Virus record (IMG/VR): IMGVR_UViG_2754412371_000001
Span: 29,313 to 93,312 of that record
Direction: 5' to 3' (one strand)
Origin: a virus
Taxonomy: Duplodnaviria; Caudoviricetes
Length of the DNA stretch: 64,000 nt
The notes under the pieces: model-generated
What the model saw: the letters and a program-made list of their open reading frames with translations, nothing else
Databases searched by the model: none
Told to the model about the DNA's origin: nothing
In this document: piece by piece, positions 17,118 through 27,035 of the stretch
Position numbering within the stretch: position 1 is the first letter of the stretch
Layout: each line of letters begins with the position of its first letter
Made by a program: the position numbers and the translations under genes

Positions 17118-18515
17118 TTATGCGAAGCCGAGCACCTTGGTAATGAACTTCATCCGGTCCATCGCCTGCTCGATCTCAATCGTGAATTCCCCGCCTTGGT
17201 TTCGCGACGCCGCGAAATACAACCGAGCCCGGCCCGCTGCGCGCTCTTCTTCGGTGCGGTTGATCGAAATGATGATGTCTGCGATACGGACCTTGTTGAA
17301 GTCTTCAGCGACGTGCTCGGCCTTGATGACGTTCGCGTTCGCACCAATCCGGTTCGACTGCGTTGCGGTCAGCACCGCGAGCCCTTCTCGGATCGCCAAC
17401 CCGCGCAGGTCAACGTAGACCGACTTGGAATTCTCGATCGCGGAGTCAGTGACACGCTCCGGCGACATGATGTCGGCGTAGTCGACGATGACCAGATCGA
17501 AAACGATGCCCTGCTGCTTGAACCGCTCGATACGCCGACGAAGCTCCGACACCTTCAGCGAGCCGGTCGGGAACTCGTCGATCATGAACTTCGCGTTCGT
17601 GCCGTCGGCGCGCCGCGCGCGGTCTGCGAACAGGCGAACCTTGTCGCGGACTTCGTGCGTGTGCGCCCCGAGCTCCATCATTGCCTGCTCGGCGATGTTG
17701 GCGTCCATCCGGTCGGAGATCACCTCCCGCGAGACTTCACACGACGCGTAGTAGACGTTGTGGCCGGCGGCCCAAGCACCGATGCCGAAGTCGATCAGCG
17801 CGGTCGTCTTGCCCGCCTTCGCAGCGCCCAGTAGCACCGACAGCTCTTTGCGGCCCCAGCCGCGGTGATAGAGCAGATCGTCGATCACCCGGTAGCCGGT
17901 CGTGATGCCTTGCGGCGGCAGCTTGCCCGACGCGCGCTCCAGACGGATGCCGGTGCGGTTGTCAATCGACGCCGCAAAATCGTAGGTGTCCCCCTCTGCG
18001 TTCGCGCCGACGTTCAGCGCCGTCTGCATGAGCTTCGAAATGCCGTCGAAATCGTTGCGGTCGAGCTTCGGGATCGCCTTGAACATCGCAGCCTGCATGG
18101 CCTGATGCCGAGCGAACGTCGCAACCTGATCGACCACGAAGTCGCGGTCGGAAATGTCCGTCTCGAACAGATTCTTCAGGTGAGCGATCGCCGCAACGCC
18201 GAGCGCTTTCGGCAGCACTTTGGCGTCCAGGTCTTCCCGCAATAGCATTGCGTAGATGCCGATGTTTGCCGGTGCCTTGCGATACTTGCTCCAGTAGCGC
18301 AGCGCGACGCTGACAAGATAGGACTCGATCTCAGACTCGAAATGCCCCGGCTCGACCAGCCCATCAACCATCTGGTTGAAGGACGTGTCACGCAGGGTAA
18401 GGGCCGCAATACGCGACTGAAAGTCACCGTCGAACTGGAACTTGCTCATCGGCGGCTCGGCCGCTTCTGCGGCCGGCGTCGTCGACGGCACTGCTGACAA
18501 TGCCACCACGCTCAT
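17118..18515 (-). CDS. DnaB-like replicative helicase
   Basis: GAAKAGKT; VIVDYADIM; LTATQSNR; ADIIISINR; ASRN. Confidence 0.92.
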   Translation of the reverse strand: MSVVALSAVPSTTPAAEAAEPPMSKFQFDGDFQSRIAALTLRDTSFNQMVDGLVEPGHFESEIESYLVSVALRYWSKYRKAPANIGIYAMLLREDLDAKVLPKALGVAAIAHLKNLFETDISDRDFVVDQVATFARHQAMQAAMFKAIPKLDRNDFDGISKLMQTALNVGANAEGDTYDFAASIDNRTGIRLERASGKLPPQGITTGYRVIDDLLYHRGWGRKELSVLLGAAKAGKTTALIDFGIGAWAAGHNVYYASCEVSREVISDRMDANIAEQAMMELGAHTHEVRDKVRLFADRARRADGTNAKFMIDEFPTGSLKVSELRRRIERFKQQGIVFDLVIVDYADIMSPERVTDSAIENSKSVYVDLRGLAIREGLAVLTATQSNRIGANANVIKAEHVAEDFNKVRIADIIISINRTEEERAAGRARLYFAASRNQGGEFTIEIEQAMDRMKFITKVLGFA

Positions 18516-18898
18516 CACTGCACCGCCGACGTATCGCTGTCCTGGGGCACGCCGAAGAACTGTTCGATCGCATGCTTGTAGAACACGCGACGAATCAGAC
18601 GCGTCGAGTCCTTCGGATGCTTGGTCAGCAGCGTGATCGTATATTTGTCGCGGCCTGTCACCAGCCCTTCGAACGTGACGTCACCCGTAGTGATGATCGT
18701 GGCGAGCTGACGTTCTTCCTGCATCGCCTTGAGGATGGCATCGTGACCCTTCGGCGGGCGTGCGGTGGCACGCGGGCGCTGTTCCCCATACTGCGGACGA
18801 GCGACACTGCCCGTGCGGCTTTCGAGCGTGCGATGCTCGAGCGTAATCATTCGGCGGCCGGCGTTGATCTGTTCTTGGCGAGCTTGCTCGGGGGTCAT
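18515..18898 (-). CDS. Hfq-like Sm/LSm RNA chaperone
   Basis: HDAILKAMQEERQLATIITTGDVTFEGLVTGRDKYTITL..VFYKHAI aligns by eye with Hfq Sm1/Sm2 (YKHAI). Confidence 0.75.
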   Translation of the reverse strand: MTPEQARQEQINAGRRMITLEHRTLESRTGSVARPQYGEQRPRATARPPKGHDAILKAMQEERQLATIITTGDVTFEGLVTGRDKYTITLLTKHPKDSTRLIRRVFYKHAIEQFFGVPQDSDTSAVQ

Positions 18899-18922
18899 GC
18901 TGGAACTCCAGTGAGTTGATGA

Positions 18923-18961
18923 AAAATTAGCGATGACTTAATTATAGTCATTGCTTACTTA
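18923..18961. promoter_or_regulatory. Tandem palindrome sites (upstream of the Hfq-like gene)
   Basis: AAAATTA-gcga-TGACTTA and ATAGTCA-ttgc-TTACTTA flanking a minus-strand TATAAT. Confidence 0.7.
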
Positions 18962-18963
18962 CT

Positions 18964-19650
18964 CTAATTGAGAAAAAAACGCTTCGCTTGCTGCAGTGTC
19001 ACCTCGCCGAACGCCGCGCGTGCCACCGATTCAGAGACGGCCCGCTCGCTCAGCAGCCGCGAAAGCAGCATTGCCCGGTTACCACCGCGGCTCTTGATCT
19101 GATCGATCTGCCACGCTTGGTATGCAATTTGGTCAGGGTGGCCGTGGTAGTTCTCGATCAGAAAGCGCCCGTCACGCGCCAGCTGGATTGACTTCTTGCA
19201 TTCGGCAATCCATGCGTCGCGCAGATCCAGCGCCACCTCTTCCGCATAGAGCTGGTTGGGCCGGGGAAACATCCGCCAACCGCGATCGCAGGCCCGGCGC
19301 ACGACGAAGTCGAGGCCGAACTCATACCGGCATCCGACCGCGTCGAACGCCTGCCTCGCTCGCCATACGGCGGCCAGCTCCCGACTATCGAACAACCCCG
19401 CTACGTCGATCGGTTTGACCTTCTCGACAGTGCGGATGTCCTTCTGCCGTGCGTATGCCCGCTTGATTGCATCGTGATACTCGTGAGCGAATAGATACGT
19501 CGCTTGCACGGGATGCAGATGGCGGTAGTCGAACCACTTACGCAGAAATAGCAGCGCCTCCACCGCCCGCGACGACGGCGCGATACGAGACAACGCAAGC
19601 ATTTCGCAATCCGCCGGTGTCAACGACTGGCCGAAAAATTCATGGAGCAC
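18964..19650 (-). CDS. Hypothetical protein upstream of the helicase/primase genes
   Basis: GTG start at 19650 after GAGAGG; AT-rich promoter-like region upstream. Confidence 0.75.
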   Translation of the reverse strand: MLHEFFGQSLTPADCEMLALSRIAPSSRAVEALLFLRKWFDYRHLHPVQATYLFAHEYHDAIKRAYARQKDIRTVEKVKPIDVAGLFDSRELAAVWRARQAFDAVGCRYEFGLDFVVRRACDRGWRMFPRPNQLYAEEVALDLRDAWIAECKKSIQLARDGRFLIENYHGHPDQIAYQAWQIDQIKSRGGNRAMLLSRLLSERAVSESVARAAFGEVTLQQAKRFFLN

Positions 19651-19771
19651 TTGGGGCTTCCTCTCATTTCCATTATTGATAAGTTTCAGATTAATTATAG
19701 GTATAGGTTCATGGAATTTAGAAAGGTTAGAAATTGAGGGAGCGCGGTCCTGGCCCCAAGCAATCCTTGAT

Positions 19772-19800
19772 CCTCCCCGAGAAGATGCGGCTCGGGGAGG
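19772..19800 (-). terminator. Hairpin after the lysis cassette
   Basis: cctccccgag-N9-ctcggggagg perfect 10-bp stem. Confidence 0.65.
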
Positions 19801-19804
19801 CTTC

Positions 19805-20389
19805 CTACTTGCCGAGCGGCGTGTCATCGACACCGAGTCGCGCGCGCTGCTCCTTCTGAAACTGTTCCACCGAATCGACGAGCGCGTCGTGGCGCTGCGC
19901 CAGGTCCAAGTAGAGCTTCGTCAGTTCTTGGTCGGCGTCGACGAAGTCGGTAAAGCAAAGGGCCGGAGCGGCGTCGCCCGCTTCATCGCCGCTTGCGGTG
20001 GAATGAAAAGCGACTCCGGCGCGGCTTGCGTTGAGCATGCGGACAGTGCCGACATCAAGATAAAAGCCGCCGCAAGCAGCGCGCATCGTTTCATGTGCTT
20101 CCTCACTGGGAGTGGGCGCGGGCGCGACGGCCCGCTTGATCTGCGCCGCAACCCGATGACGGATAGCGACCTTGTTCTGATCGATGTTGTCGGCAGTGAC
20201 TGTCACTGCCGCCTCGACCGTCTTGCTCTTCGTCTGCGCCACTGCGACGCCGGTCGCTACACCCGCAACAGCCTTCACCTCCTGCTTTGCCCGCGATGCC
20301 AGCACGAACTGGCGGTCGACGTAGGCGCCTGCGCCGAAGGCGATGGCGCAGGCAAGCGCAAGCACACCAATCTTCGCGAGCGGATTCAT
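19805..20389 (-). CDS. Rz-like inner-membrane spanin
   Basis: N-terminal TM, helical periplasmic part, downstream of endolysin and holin. Confidence 0.75.
   Translation of the reverse strand: MNPLAKIGVLALACAIAFGAGAYVDRQFVLASRAKQEVKAVAGVATGVAVAQTKSKTVEAAVTVTADNIDQNKVAIRHRVAAQIKRAVAPAPTPSEEAHETMRAACGGFYLDVGTVRMLNASRAGVAFHSTASGDEAGDAAPALCFTDFVDADQELTKLYLDLAQRHDALVDSVEQFQKEQRARLGVDDTPLGK
19921..20094 (-). CDS. Rz1-like outer-membrane lipoprotein spanin embedded in Rz
   Basis: Alternate frame MKRCALLAAAFILMSA-LSAC lipobox, Pro-rich mature part, GAGGA RBS. Confidence 0.75.
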   Translation of the reverse strand: MKRCALLAAAFILMSALSACSTQAAPESLFIPPQAAMKRATPLRPFALPTSSTPTKN

Positions 20390-20658
20390 CAGCCTGCCTC
20401 CTTCGTCTCATCGTCGGTCTTCATCGGGGAGTCCTTCTTCACAGCCATCCACACACCGATGCCGGCGAACAAAGCCGCGCCGCCTGTGCCGAATGCCGTA
20501 GCATTGAACGGAACCTTGTTGACGACGGTGTCCCACGTCTGCGTGAACACAAAGTCCAGCGACGTGATCGCGGCCATGTATTTCGCCAGGTCCGGCGTCG
20601 CGTTATCGACTTCCGTGAACAAGTGGTGGAAGAAGATCTTCAGCTTGAGCAGGCTCAT
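20389..20658 (-). CDS. Putative holin
   Basis: 89 aa, two hydrophobic segments, charged C-terminus; overlaps the endolysin stop. Confidence 0.6.
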   Translation of the reverse strand: MSLLKLKIFFHHLFTEVDNATPDLAKYMAAITSLDFVFTQTWDTVVNKVPFNATAFGTGGAALFAGIGVWMAVKKDSPMKTDDETKEAG

Positions 20659-21197
20659 GCCGGCTCCTCGCAGCGGAATTCCCGCGCTTCGGCTTGCCGG
20701 CGCCGCAGCAGGCCCGCAACGTGAACGCCGCCTGCCATATCCCACTTTTGGAATTCGTTGGCGGCGGCCTCATACTGACCGGCATTCAGCAGGCGCAGCA
20801 TGGTGGAGCCCGCAAATCGCGTTTCGCCGAGGTTGAAGACAAAATCAACGAGCGCATCGAATTGGCACTGGCTCAGCGGCACCTTCACGAGACGGTTGAC
20901 TGCGTCGACCGCAGCCTGCACGTCCTTCATCAGTGCCGCCTCCGCTTGTGCTTGCGTCCATACCAGCCCGTAACGCACTTCCGGCCCGGTATGGCCGTAG
21001 CCGATCGTCCACGGCCGCGCGCTCAACTTGTTGAGTAGGTCGGCAGCGATCGGCGCACCGGCGAGCGTTTTCTTCCAGAGCCCGCGGCGCTGGAGCTCTA
21101 CCCCCAGCGGAGACTTCGGATCCGGGTAGGCGTGAAGCACGCAGCCTTCGAAGTTCTCCGTCAACTGCAGTCCGGTCTTGGAATAGGTCATGTTCAT
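20655..21197 (-). CDS. Endolysin, GH24 (phage lysozyme)
   Basis: FEG..AYPD..WTIGYGHT; QFDALVDFVFNLG; STMLR; GLLRRR. Confidence 0.93.
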   Translation of the reverse strand: MNMTYSKTGLQLTENFEGCVLHAYPDPKSPLGVELQRRGLWKKTLAGAPIAADLLNKLSARPWTIGYGHTGPEVRYGLVWTQAQAEAALMKDVQAAVDAVNRLVKVPLSQCQFDALVDFVFNLGETRFAGSTMLRLLNAGQYEAAANEFQKWDMAGGVHVAGLLRRRQAEAREFRCEEPA

Positions 21198-21207
21198 GGC
21201 GCGGCCC

Positions 21208-21576
21208 TTAGTGAGTGGCGGTCGGGGCCGCCATCGCCATCATCAGCAGCTTCCCGGCAATGGTGAGAGCAGCACCCCCGACAAGCGCCCAGACAGCTTT
21301 TGCCGTCCACGTCGCGCCGGCGAACCGCGCTTCATACTTGATCTGCGACTTCTCGAGCTCCGTCGTCCGGCCCGATACATCGACCATGCGATCCTCGAGC
21401 TTCTCGACGCGTGCACGCGTCGCCAGATGTCGCTCTTCGATCACTGCCAGGCGGACGATTGCGTCCGCAACTTGGCCCATTCCGGTCTTGATTTCCTGAA
21501 CGTGCCCCTGCACGTCCCTGATCTGGCTACCCAGCGCAGCGAGCTCCGACACGTCGTTGTCCTTTTCAGCGGTCAT
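21208..21576 (-). CDS. Lysis-associated coiled-coil protein with C-terminal TM (holin/antiholin-like)
   Basis: First gene of the lysis cassette; coiled coil plus one TM. Confidence 0.6.
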   Translation of the reverse strand: MTAEKDNDVSELAALGSQIRDVQGHVQEIKTGMGQVADAIVRLAVIEERHLATRARVEKLEDRMVDVSGRTTELEKSQIKYEARFAGATWTAKAVWALVGGAALTIAGKLLMMAMAAPTATH

Positions 21577-21609
21577 AAGTCCCTTCGCAGTCTCTCGCTC
21601 AGCGGATAC

Positions 21610-21647
21610 AAAACATCGCCGATGTTATCCGGAAACATCGGCGATGT
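21610..21647 (-). terminator. Terminator between the tail and lysis genes
   Basis: acatcgccgatgtt-N7-aacatcggcgatgt perfect 14-bp stem, then T-tract on the minus strand. Confidence 0.8.
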
Positions 21648-21665
21648 ATAGTCATTGCTTACTTA
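21648..21665. promoter_or_regulatory. 18-bp palindrome site (upstream of lysis genes)
   Basis: ATAGTCA-ttgc-TTACTTA. Confidence 0.7.
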
Positions 21666-21690
21666 CTATATAAACTACACGAACGAGCTA

Positions 21691-22023
21691 TTACTCGACG
21701 ATCGTGCCTCCCGCGAGCATGTAACGGTTCGCGCCATACGGCAGCATTCCCGCGGTCTGATCGCCGTCTGCCGGCTTGCTGACAATGAGCAGCTTTTCAG
21801 CGAAGGAAATTGCGCCCTCGTTGGCATCCGGGATACCTTGCATGTAAATGGTCGTCGCGCCCTGAATCGGCTGCTTCCCCGACGTGTGCGTGTCTGCCGA
21901 GACGTAACTCATAATCGTCGCGCTCGTCATCTTGCTGAGCGTGTCGATCATCACCTGAGTGACAACGTGATATTCGGCAGTGGCGCCGGTGGACTCGAGA
22001 ACGACTGCTTGCTTGATCGCCAT
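21691..22023 (-). CDS. Tail-fibre-associated hypothetical protein
   Basis: AGGAG RBS; position after the fibre chaperone. Confidence 0.7.
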   Translation of the reverse strand: MAIKQAVVLESTGATAEYHVVTQVMIDTLSKMTSATIMSYVSADTHTSGKQPIQGATTIYMQGIPDANEGAISFAEKLLIVSKPADGDQTAGMLPYGANRYMLAGGTIVE

Positions 22024-22065
22024 GTTTGGCTCCTGTGGTTGAAAGTGATCGGGCCTAGCCCGGTG

Positions 22066-22467
22066 TCAAGTGCGATTCGGTGGCGTGGGCCACTGAACAT
22101 CGAGCGGCCAGCCGGCCTGCTCCGGTAGATCTCGTAATGCCTGCCTGTAGGCCGCATAACGTGCAGCAGTTGTCGCCGGCACATCTGCTGCCTGGGTCCA
22201 ATCGGTCTGCGCCAACAGCTGATCACGTTTGAGCCGCACGGGGGCTTCTTGGAACGCTTGCCTGTGCATAGCCACATGCGTCTGAATCCAGTCGGTGTCC
22301 GGCCGGTCGATACCGGCAGGCCACATATCGACTCGCGCATGCTCCTTTGGGGTGCCGTCCGGATTGAGCGCCCGAGCCAGCAAGTAGTCCTTGCCTCCGA
22401 CCAAATCCGGATATTCTTGCTGAATGGCAAACAGCAATTCATCCAGTGTCACAAATTCTTCAGTCAT
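22066..22467 (-). CDS. Tail fibre assembly chaperone (XkdW-like N-terminus)
   Basis: RDQLLAQTDWTQAAD..YRQALRDLPEQAGWPLDVQWP motif. Confidence 0.85.
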   Translation of the reverse strand: MTEEFVTLDELLFAIQQEYPDLVGGKDYLLARALNPDGTPKEHARVDMWPAGIDRPDTDWIQTHVAMHRQAFQEAPVRLKRDQLLAQTDWTQAADVPATTAARYAAYRQALRDLPEQAGWPLDVQWPTPPNRT

Positions 22468-22478
22468 GGGTGTTCTCT

Positions 22479-25400
22479 TTAGTTGTTGCGGAGCCATGCA
22501 AAACGGACCCAGCAACGGTTACCGCCTGCAAAGCCGATACCATTCATGATCCACGGGCTATCTCGACGAATCCAAAATTGCGTGCCTTGGGTCATATCGT
22601 AGGGGCCAACTTCTTCGAGTGCCACAATCGGGCACTGCGCGCCACGGTCGGCGCGGTTCAACTGCGCGTCATTCGCTTTGTTCCATGCGTCATCGAGCTT
22701 TCCCATGTCGTCGGACAGCCAGCGGCCGCGATAGCCTTGCCAGAGGTTCCCGTCAGTCTGTAGCGTCGCCCCGCCGACGTGCAGGTTTCCGCCCTGCCAC
22801 GTCTCGCCATCGTTGCTAACGTTCCACGGCACGCCGTTGTAGGCGCTGTTGATGACTTCGAGGCCACCGCCGTCACGTGCACGCAGGTATGTCCACGAGT
22901 CGTAGCCTGGTCGGTTGTTGTGCAGCCCAATGTCGGCCTGCCAGCCGGCGCGATCGAGAGTGATTCGATCGCTGAAATACGTCACCCCGTTGGCGCGCAA
23001 GTTCATGATGGTCGCGGAGTTGTCCGTGCCATTTACCGTGATGACGTTGGCACGCCAAGAGCCATCCGGGTTCATCGTCGCCCAGGAGGAGTAACCGTAT
23101 GCGCCGCCGGTGCTCATCGAGCCGTGGAGCCATGCGAGCGCGGTGTTATCCGGGCGAGCGAACACTGCGCCGGCAGCCGTCGAATTGTTCGGCGCACGCA
23201 CGCGCAGATCGCTCGTGAGGGTGTCGCCTGACTTGTGGACGAAAGTGTTGTCCAGGAACGTGCGAAGCCACTGACTGCCCCACTGCGTTCCCCAGACGTT
23301 TCCATCTGGTGCAATTGTGGCGTTGGTGCCGCTCGCGTATGAGACGCCACCCACCATCAGGTTGCCGCCTGCGGTCGCAACACGAGCGTCCTTGCTAACC
23401 GTCAGCACCCCCGATACACCAACGTCCCCTCCGAGCGTAGTCCCCGCGCCCGTGCTGTCGATCGAGACATAGCCGGTTGAGAGATTCCATGCAAACGGCC
23501 GATAGCCATTCCACAACCCAGATTGGTCCCCGCTCGCCGTCTGCAGGAAATAGACGTTAGCTCCGTCGTTTCGGAAAAAGGCCCCGTAATTGCCAAACAC
23601 AACCCGGAAGCCATTCGAATCCGATGTTCGCACGTCCCCCGTGAATCGGCCCTTGCCGGAGACTTGCAGCAGCGTGGAGCCATCGTCGGTCGCAGTCCCG
23701 ATCAGAACGCGTCCACCCCAAGGTGCAAAGGCGATATTCTTTTTGGTCGTGTTAGCCTTATTGAATACCTCAAGCGTCGCACCACCGGACCAGTTCGACG
23801 TGGATAGCGTGACCTGCGTGTCGTTTGCGCCGTAGTAGGTCGAGACGGCGTTCGCAAACATGCCCGACCCAGCTACTTGCAGCAGGTTGGCGCCGTCGTC
23901 AGTCAACGTTCCGACAAGGACGTGTCCGCCATTCTGCATCAGCATCATGTTGCCGACGTTAGATCCGGAGCCGCGCGTGATACAGAGCGCGTTCTGCGCA
24001 GCGGAATATGCATCGTTAGTGGCTCGAATGGAGAACGCGCCATCGCCACCCTGCATCAACTCCCACTTCTTCTGGTCGGCCGGTGCACCATCCCGCGAGA
24101 GGATTACTGACGTTTGGCCCGTGCCCCCGCCGTTCGAGGCAATGAGAGCGCCGATGCTATTCATGCCCCTTACCGTGCCAGCAACCTGGAGCAAGTCACC
24201 GCCGTTGTCGGCTGTTGTCCCGATCAAAATCCGGCCGGATGCGGTCACCCGAAGTCGCTCGGCATTGGCAGATACGAGGCCAACGTAGCCGGACGCCCCC
24301 GCCGAGCCTACAAGCGCATTGCCTTGCCCATACACGTAATACGCGTTCGCATCGGCGTTGATCCACGCTTTTGCGGAGGTCTGACCGAAGTATGAGACGC
24401 CGTAGAAATATGTGTTGCCAGCAACCTGCAGCAGGCTTGAGCCATCATCGGAAGCGGTCCCGATAAGGACACGACCAGAATTCGTAACGCGCATGCGTTC
24501 GGTCAGTGCGCCGGCCGCACCGTTGCCGGCCGGACGCGTCAGGAATGCCAACCCGCCTTGGTCATAGCTGCCGCCGCTGTATTTATTGTCCAACACCCCC
24601 TTCACCTGCGACATCGGTGCAGAACCGACGTTTGCGGCGAACGATACCGCGCCGCCCATGCCAGTTGTGTTGCCGCCGGCTACAGCGAGAAGACCGGTTC
24701 CATTCCCTCCAGCGCTGTAGACCTGAACCGCGTTCGCCCCGTCATCAGTCGTCATGCCGATCAGCATGCGACCAGAAGCGACGAAGCGCGCACGCTCGGC
24801 AAATGCCGTGCTGAATACCAGCGATCCGGCACCGATCGTTCCAGAGCCGTAGAACGCGATATTGGGGCCGTTGGAATTGTTGAACCCGAACAGACCTGAG
24901 TCCCCCGTAGCCTGGCTGTTGATGAAGTAGTTGCCAGCACGGACACCGCCGCTTACCTGAAGCGAGTTGACTCCATCATCAACGGTCGGGCCTACCAGAA
25001 CATTGCCGCCCTGACTGATCGCCAGTTTAGTAGCGCCCAGGATTTGGAAATTCAGACCAACGTTGCCGCCGGTTACCGCGCTATTGTTTGCATCGGTCGT
25101 TGCGTTGATGGTCAGAGGGCTCGCATTCGACGCGACCGAATACGAGTTGATGGTGTTCAAGACGGATGCCCCGAGCACGATCTTCTGGGCCGACCCGAAG
25201 CGCGAAACCAGCAGACTGTTATTGACTTGCAGCGTTGTCGAGCCGTCATCGGTCATCCCCGTGCCGACGAGCACCCGCCCACCAAACGTCATGCGCATCA
25301 CACGACCTTGCTTCGAGTCGTAGCGCCCATCATTGCCGGCGTTGTTGAGGCAGAAGTCGAGGTATTCGGTCCCCCACGTCCCGCCATTGAACCCCGCACG

Positions 25401-26996
25401 GAGCGAAGCAACGAGTCGATTGCCCGTATCGGACGTGGTGCCGCCAAACGTGCCACCGAGCCGAATTTTCCCTTCGCGATTGAGTGCACCAGATGATCCG
25501 CGAGCTTCCAGGTGCGCCGTCGTGTCAGTCGTGACCGCATCGATGACGACCGGCCCGGTGAACGGCGAGCTACCATCGAGCTTGGCGTAACCGCTTACTG
25601 CCGTCTGGGCCTGTGCAGCACTATTGGCCGCTGCTGATGCACTGTTCGCTGCATTCGTTGCGCTCGTCGCCGCGCTGCTTTGCGAGGCGGCCGCAGCACT
25701 GGCTGAATTCGCCGCATTGGTAGCACTCGTTGCAGCGGCGGTCTTCGACGAGTTGGCCGACGATGCGCTGCTCGCTGCGGCAGCAGCGCTGTTGTCCGCG
25801 GCAGTGGCCGATCCGGCAGCCTGGGATGCGCTCGCGGTTGCGTTTGCCGCCATCGCTTCGGCGGTCGCGTCTTGGTCTTGCCAGCCAGTGCTGGTGTAGA
25901 CCCGCATCTGGTTAGTCGTGGTGTTGAAATACTCGCAGCCCACGACGAGCGGGTTGCCGTTGTTGTCCTTGGTCGGGTCGGCAGACTGCTTGCCCAGATA
26001 CAGGGCGTTCATTGTGGTCAGGATGCCCTGAACCTGCGTGAGCACGCTACTCGCGCTCGATGCCGATGCGCTCGCCGCGCTCGCCGAGCCAGCAGCGGCC
26101 GTGGCCGAACCGGCAGCAGCGGTTTCCGAGTTCGCAGCATTGGTTGCGCTCGTGGCCGCAGCGGTCTTCGACGACGCGGCGCTCGTTTCCGACGCCTTTG
26201 CATTCGTCTCGCTGGTCTTCGCGTTCGTCTCAGACGTCTTGGAATTTGACTCCGATGCCTTGGCGTTCGTTGCGGACGCTGCTGCGGCGCTCGCCGAGCT
26301 TGCAGCATTTGTCGCGCTGTTTGCTGCGCTGATAGAGCTTGCTGCAGATGCAGAAGCAGAAGAACCCGCGTTCGAAGCGCTGTTCGCGGACGACGTGGCG
26401 GAGTTCGCAGCCGCGGTCGCCGACGCAGCCGCGTTCGTCTCACTTGTCATTGCGTTGGCCGCGCTCGTTGCAGCAGCAGACTTGCTCGCCGCAGCCGCAC
26501 TTGAACTGCCTGCCGCTGCAGTCGCGCTGCCGGCTGCATTCGCCGCACTGTCCGCGGCCGCGCCGGCCGCTGCGGCCGCAGCGGCCTCTGCCTGCTGCGC
26601 GCCGTTCAGACTGGCGTGGATTTCACTGATCGACGCGGCGAAACCTTCAGGGCTGACCTCCTTGATCATGTCCTGGATCTGATACATCGCCTTCGTGAAG
26701 ATCGCGGCGGTGCCGACATCGCCCTGCGAAAGCGTCGGAAGGTTGTCCGGCACGGTGAAGTCCGTTGCAACAGCGCAATCAAGACCGATACCACCCTGCC
26801 CTTGATAGACACCGGCGAGCGTGAACTTCGTGCTCGTGCCATCGAAGGTCGCGTCGGCGGCAACCACATAGGGCACATACTCCCCAACGATCAGGAAAAT
26901 ATTGTTCGCCCGAATGCGGTATGCCACGTTCTGACCGGGCAACGTAACGGTCTGACCGCCGTTGTCGATCGAACATTTGACCTTGAGTTGTGCCAT
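22479..26996 (-). CDS. Long tail fibre protein
   Basis: Ala/Ser-rich AAASATNA repeats as in side tail fibres; 7 GRVLIGTxTDDGxxxLQV modules; followed by a chaperone. Confidence 0.9.
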   Translation of the reverse strand: MAQLKVKCSIDNGGQTVTLPGQNVAYRIRANNIFLIVGEYVPYVVAADATFDGTSTKFTLAGVYQGQGGIGLDCAVATDFTVPDNLPTLSQGDVGTAAIFTKAMYQIQDMIKEVSPEGFAASISEIHASLNGAQQAEAAAAAAAGAAADSAANAAGSATAAAGSSSAAAASKSAAATSAANAMTSETNAAASATAAANSATSSANSASNAGSSASASAASSISAANSATNAASSASAAAASATNAKASESNSKTSETNAKTSETNAKASETSAASSKTAAATSATNAANSETAAAGSATAAAGSASAASASASSASSVLTQVQGILTTMNALYLGKQSADPTKDNNGNPLVVGCEYFNTTTNQMRVYTSTGWQDQDATAEAMAANATASASQAAGSATAADNSAAAAASSASSANSSKTAAATSATNAANSASAAAASQSSAATSATNAANSASAAANSAAQAQTAVSGYAKLDGSSPFTGPVVIDAVTTDTTAHLEARGSSGALNREGKIRLGGTFGGTTSDTGNRLVASLRAGFNGGTWGTEYLDFCLNNAGNDGRYDSKQGRVMRMTFGGRVLVGTGMTDDGSTTLQVNNSLLVSRFGSAQKIVLGASVLNTINSYSVASNASPLTINATTDANNSAVTGGNVGLNFQILGATKLAISQGGNVLVGPTVDDGVNSLQVSGGVRAGNYFINSQATGDSGLFGFNNSNGPNIAFYGSGTIGAGSLVFSTAFAERARFVASGRMLIGMTTDDGANAVQVYSAGGNGTGLLAVAGGNTTGMGGAVSFAANVGSAPMSQVKGVLDNKYSGGSYDQGGLAFLTRPAGNGAAGALTERMRVTNSGRVLIGTASDDGSSLLQVAGNTYFYGVSYFGQTSAKAWINADANAYYVYGQGNALVGSAGASGYVGLVSANAERLRVTASGRILIGTTADNGGDLLQVAGTVRGMNSIGALIASNGGGTGQTSVILSRDGAPADQKKWELMQGGDGAFSIRATNDAYSAAQNALCITRGSGSNVGNMMLMQNGGHVLVGTLTDDGANLLQVAGSGMFANAVSTYYGANDTQVTLSTSNWSGGATLEVFNKANTTKKNIAFAPWGGRVLIGTATDDGSTLLQVSGKGRFTGDVRTSDSNGFRVVFGNYGAFFRNDGANVYFLQTASGDQSGLWNGYRPFAWNLSTGYVSIDSTGAGTTLGGDVGVSGVLTVSKDARVATAGGNLMVGGVSYASGTNATIAPDGNVWGTQWGSQWLRTFLDNTFVHKSGDTLTSDLRVRAPNNSTAAGAVFARPDNTALAWLHGSMSTGGAYGYSSWATMNPDGSWRANVITVNGTDNSATIMNLRANGVTYFSDRITLDRAGWQADIGLHNNRPGYDSWTYLRARDGGGLEVINSAYNGVPWNVSNDGETWQGGNLHVGGATLQTDGNLWQGYRGRWLSDDMGKLDDAWNKANDAQLNRADRGAQCPIVALEEVGPYDMTQGTQFWIRRDSPWIMNGIGFAGGNRCWVRFAWLRNN

Positions 26997-27035
26997 CCGT
27001 GAGTGCCCTTGCCGACTTTCTAGTTGTTACGAGTA

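Noticed and set aside
22479-23300. Diversity-generating retroelement or invertible tail-fibre cassette
   Set aside because: No reverse transcriptase, invertase or duplicated template of the fibre 3' end seen in the window
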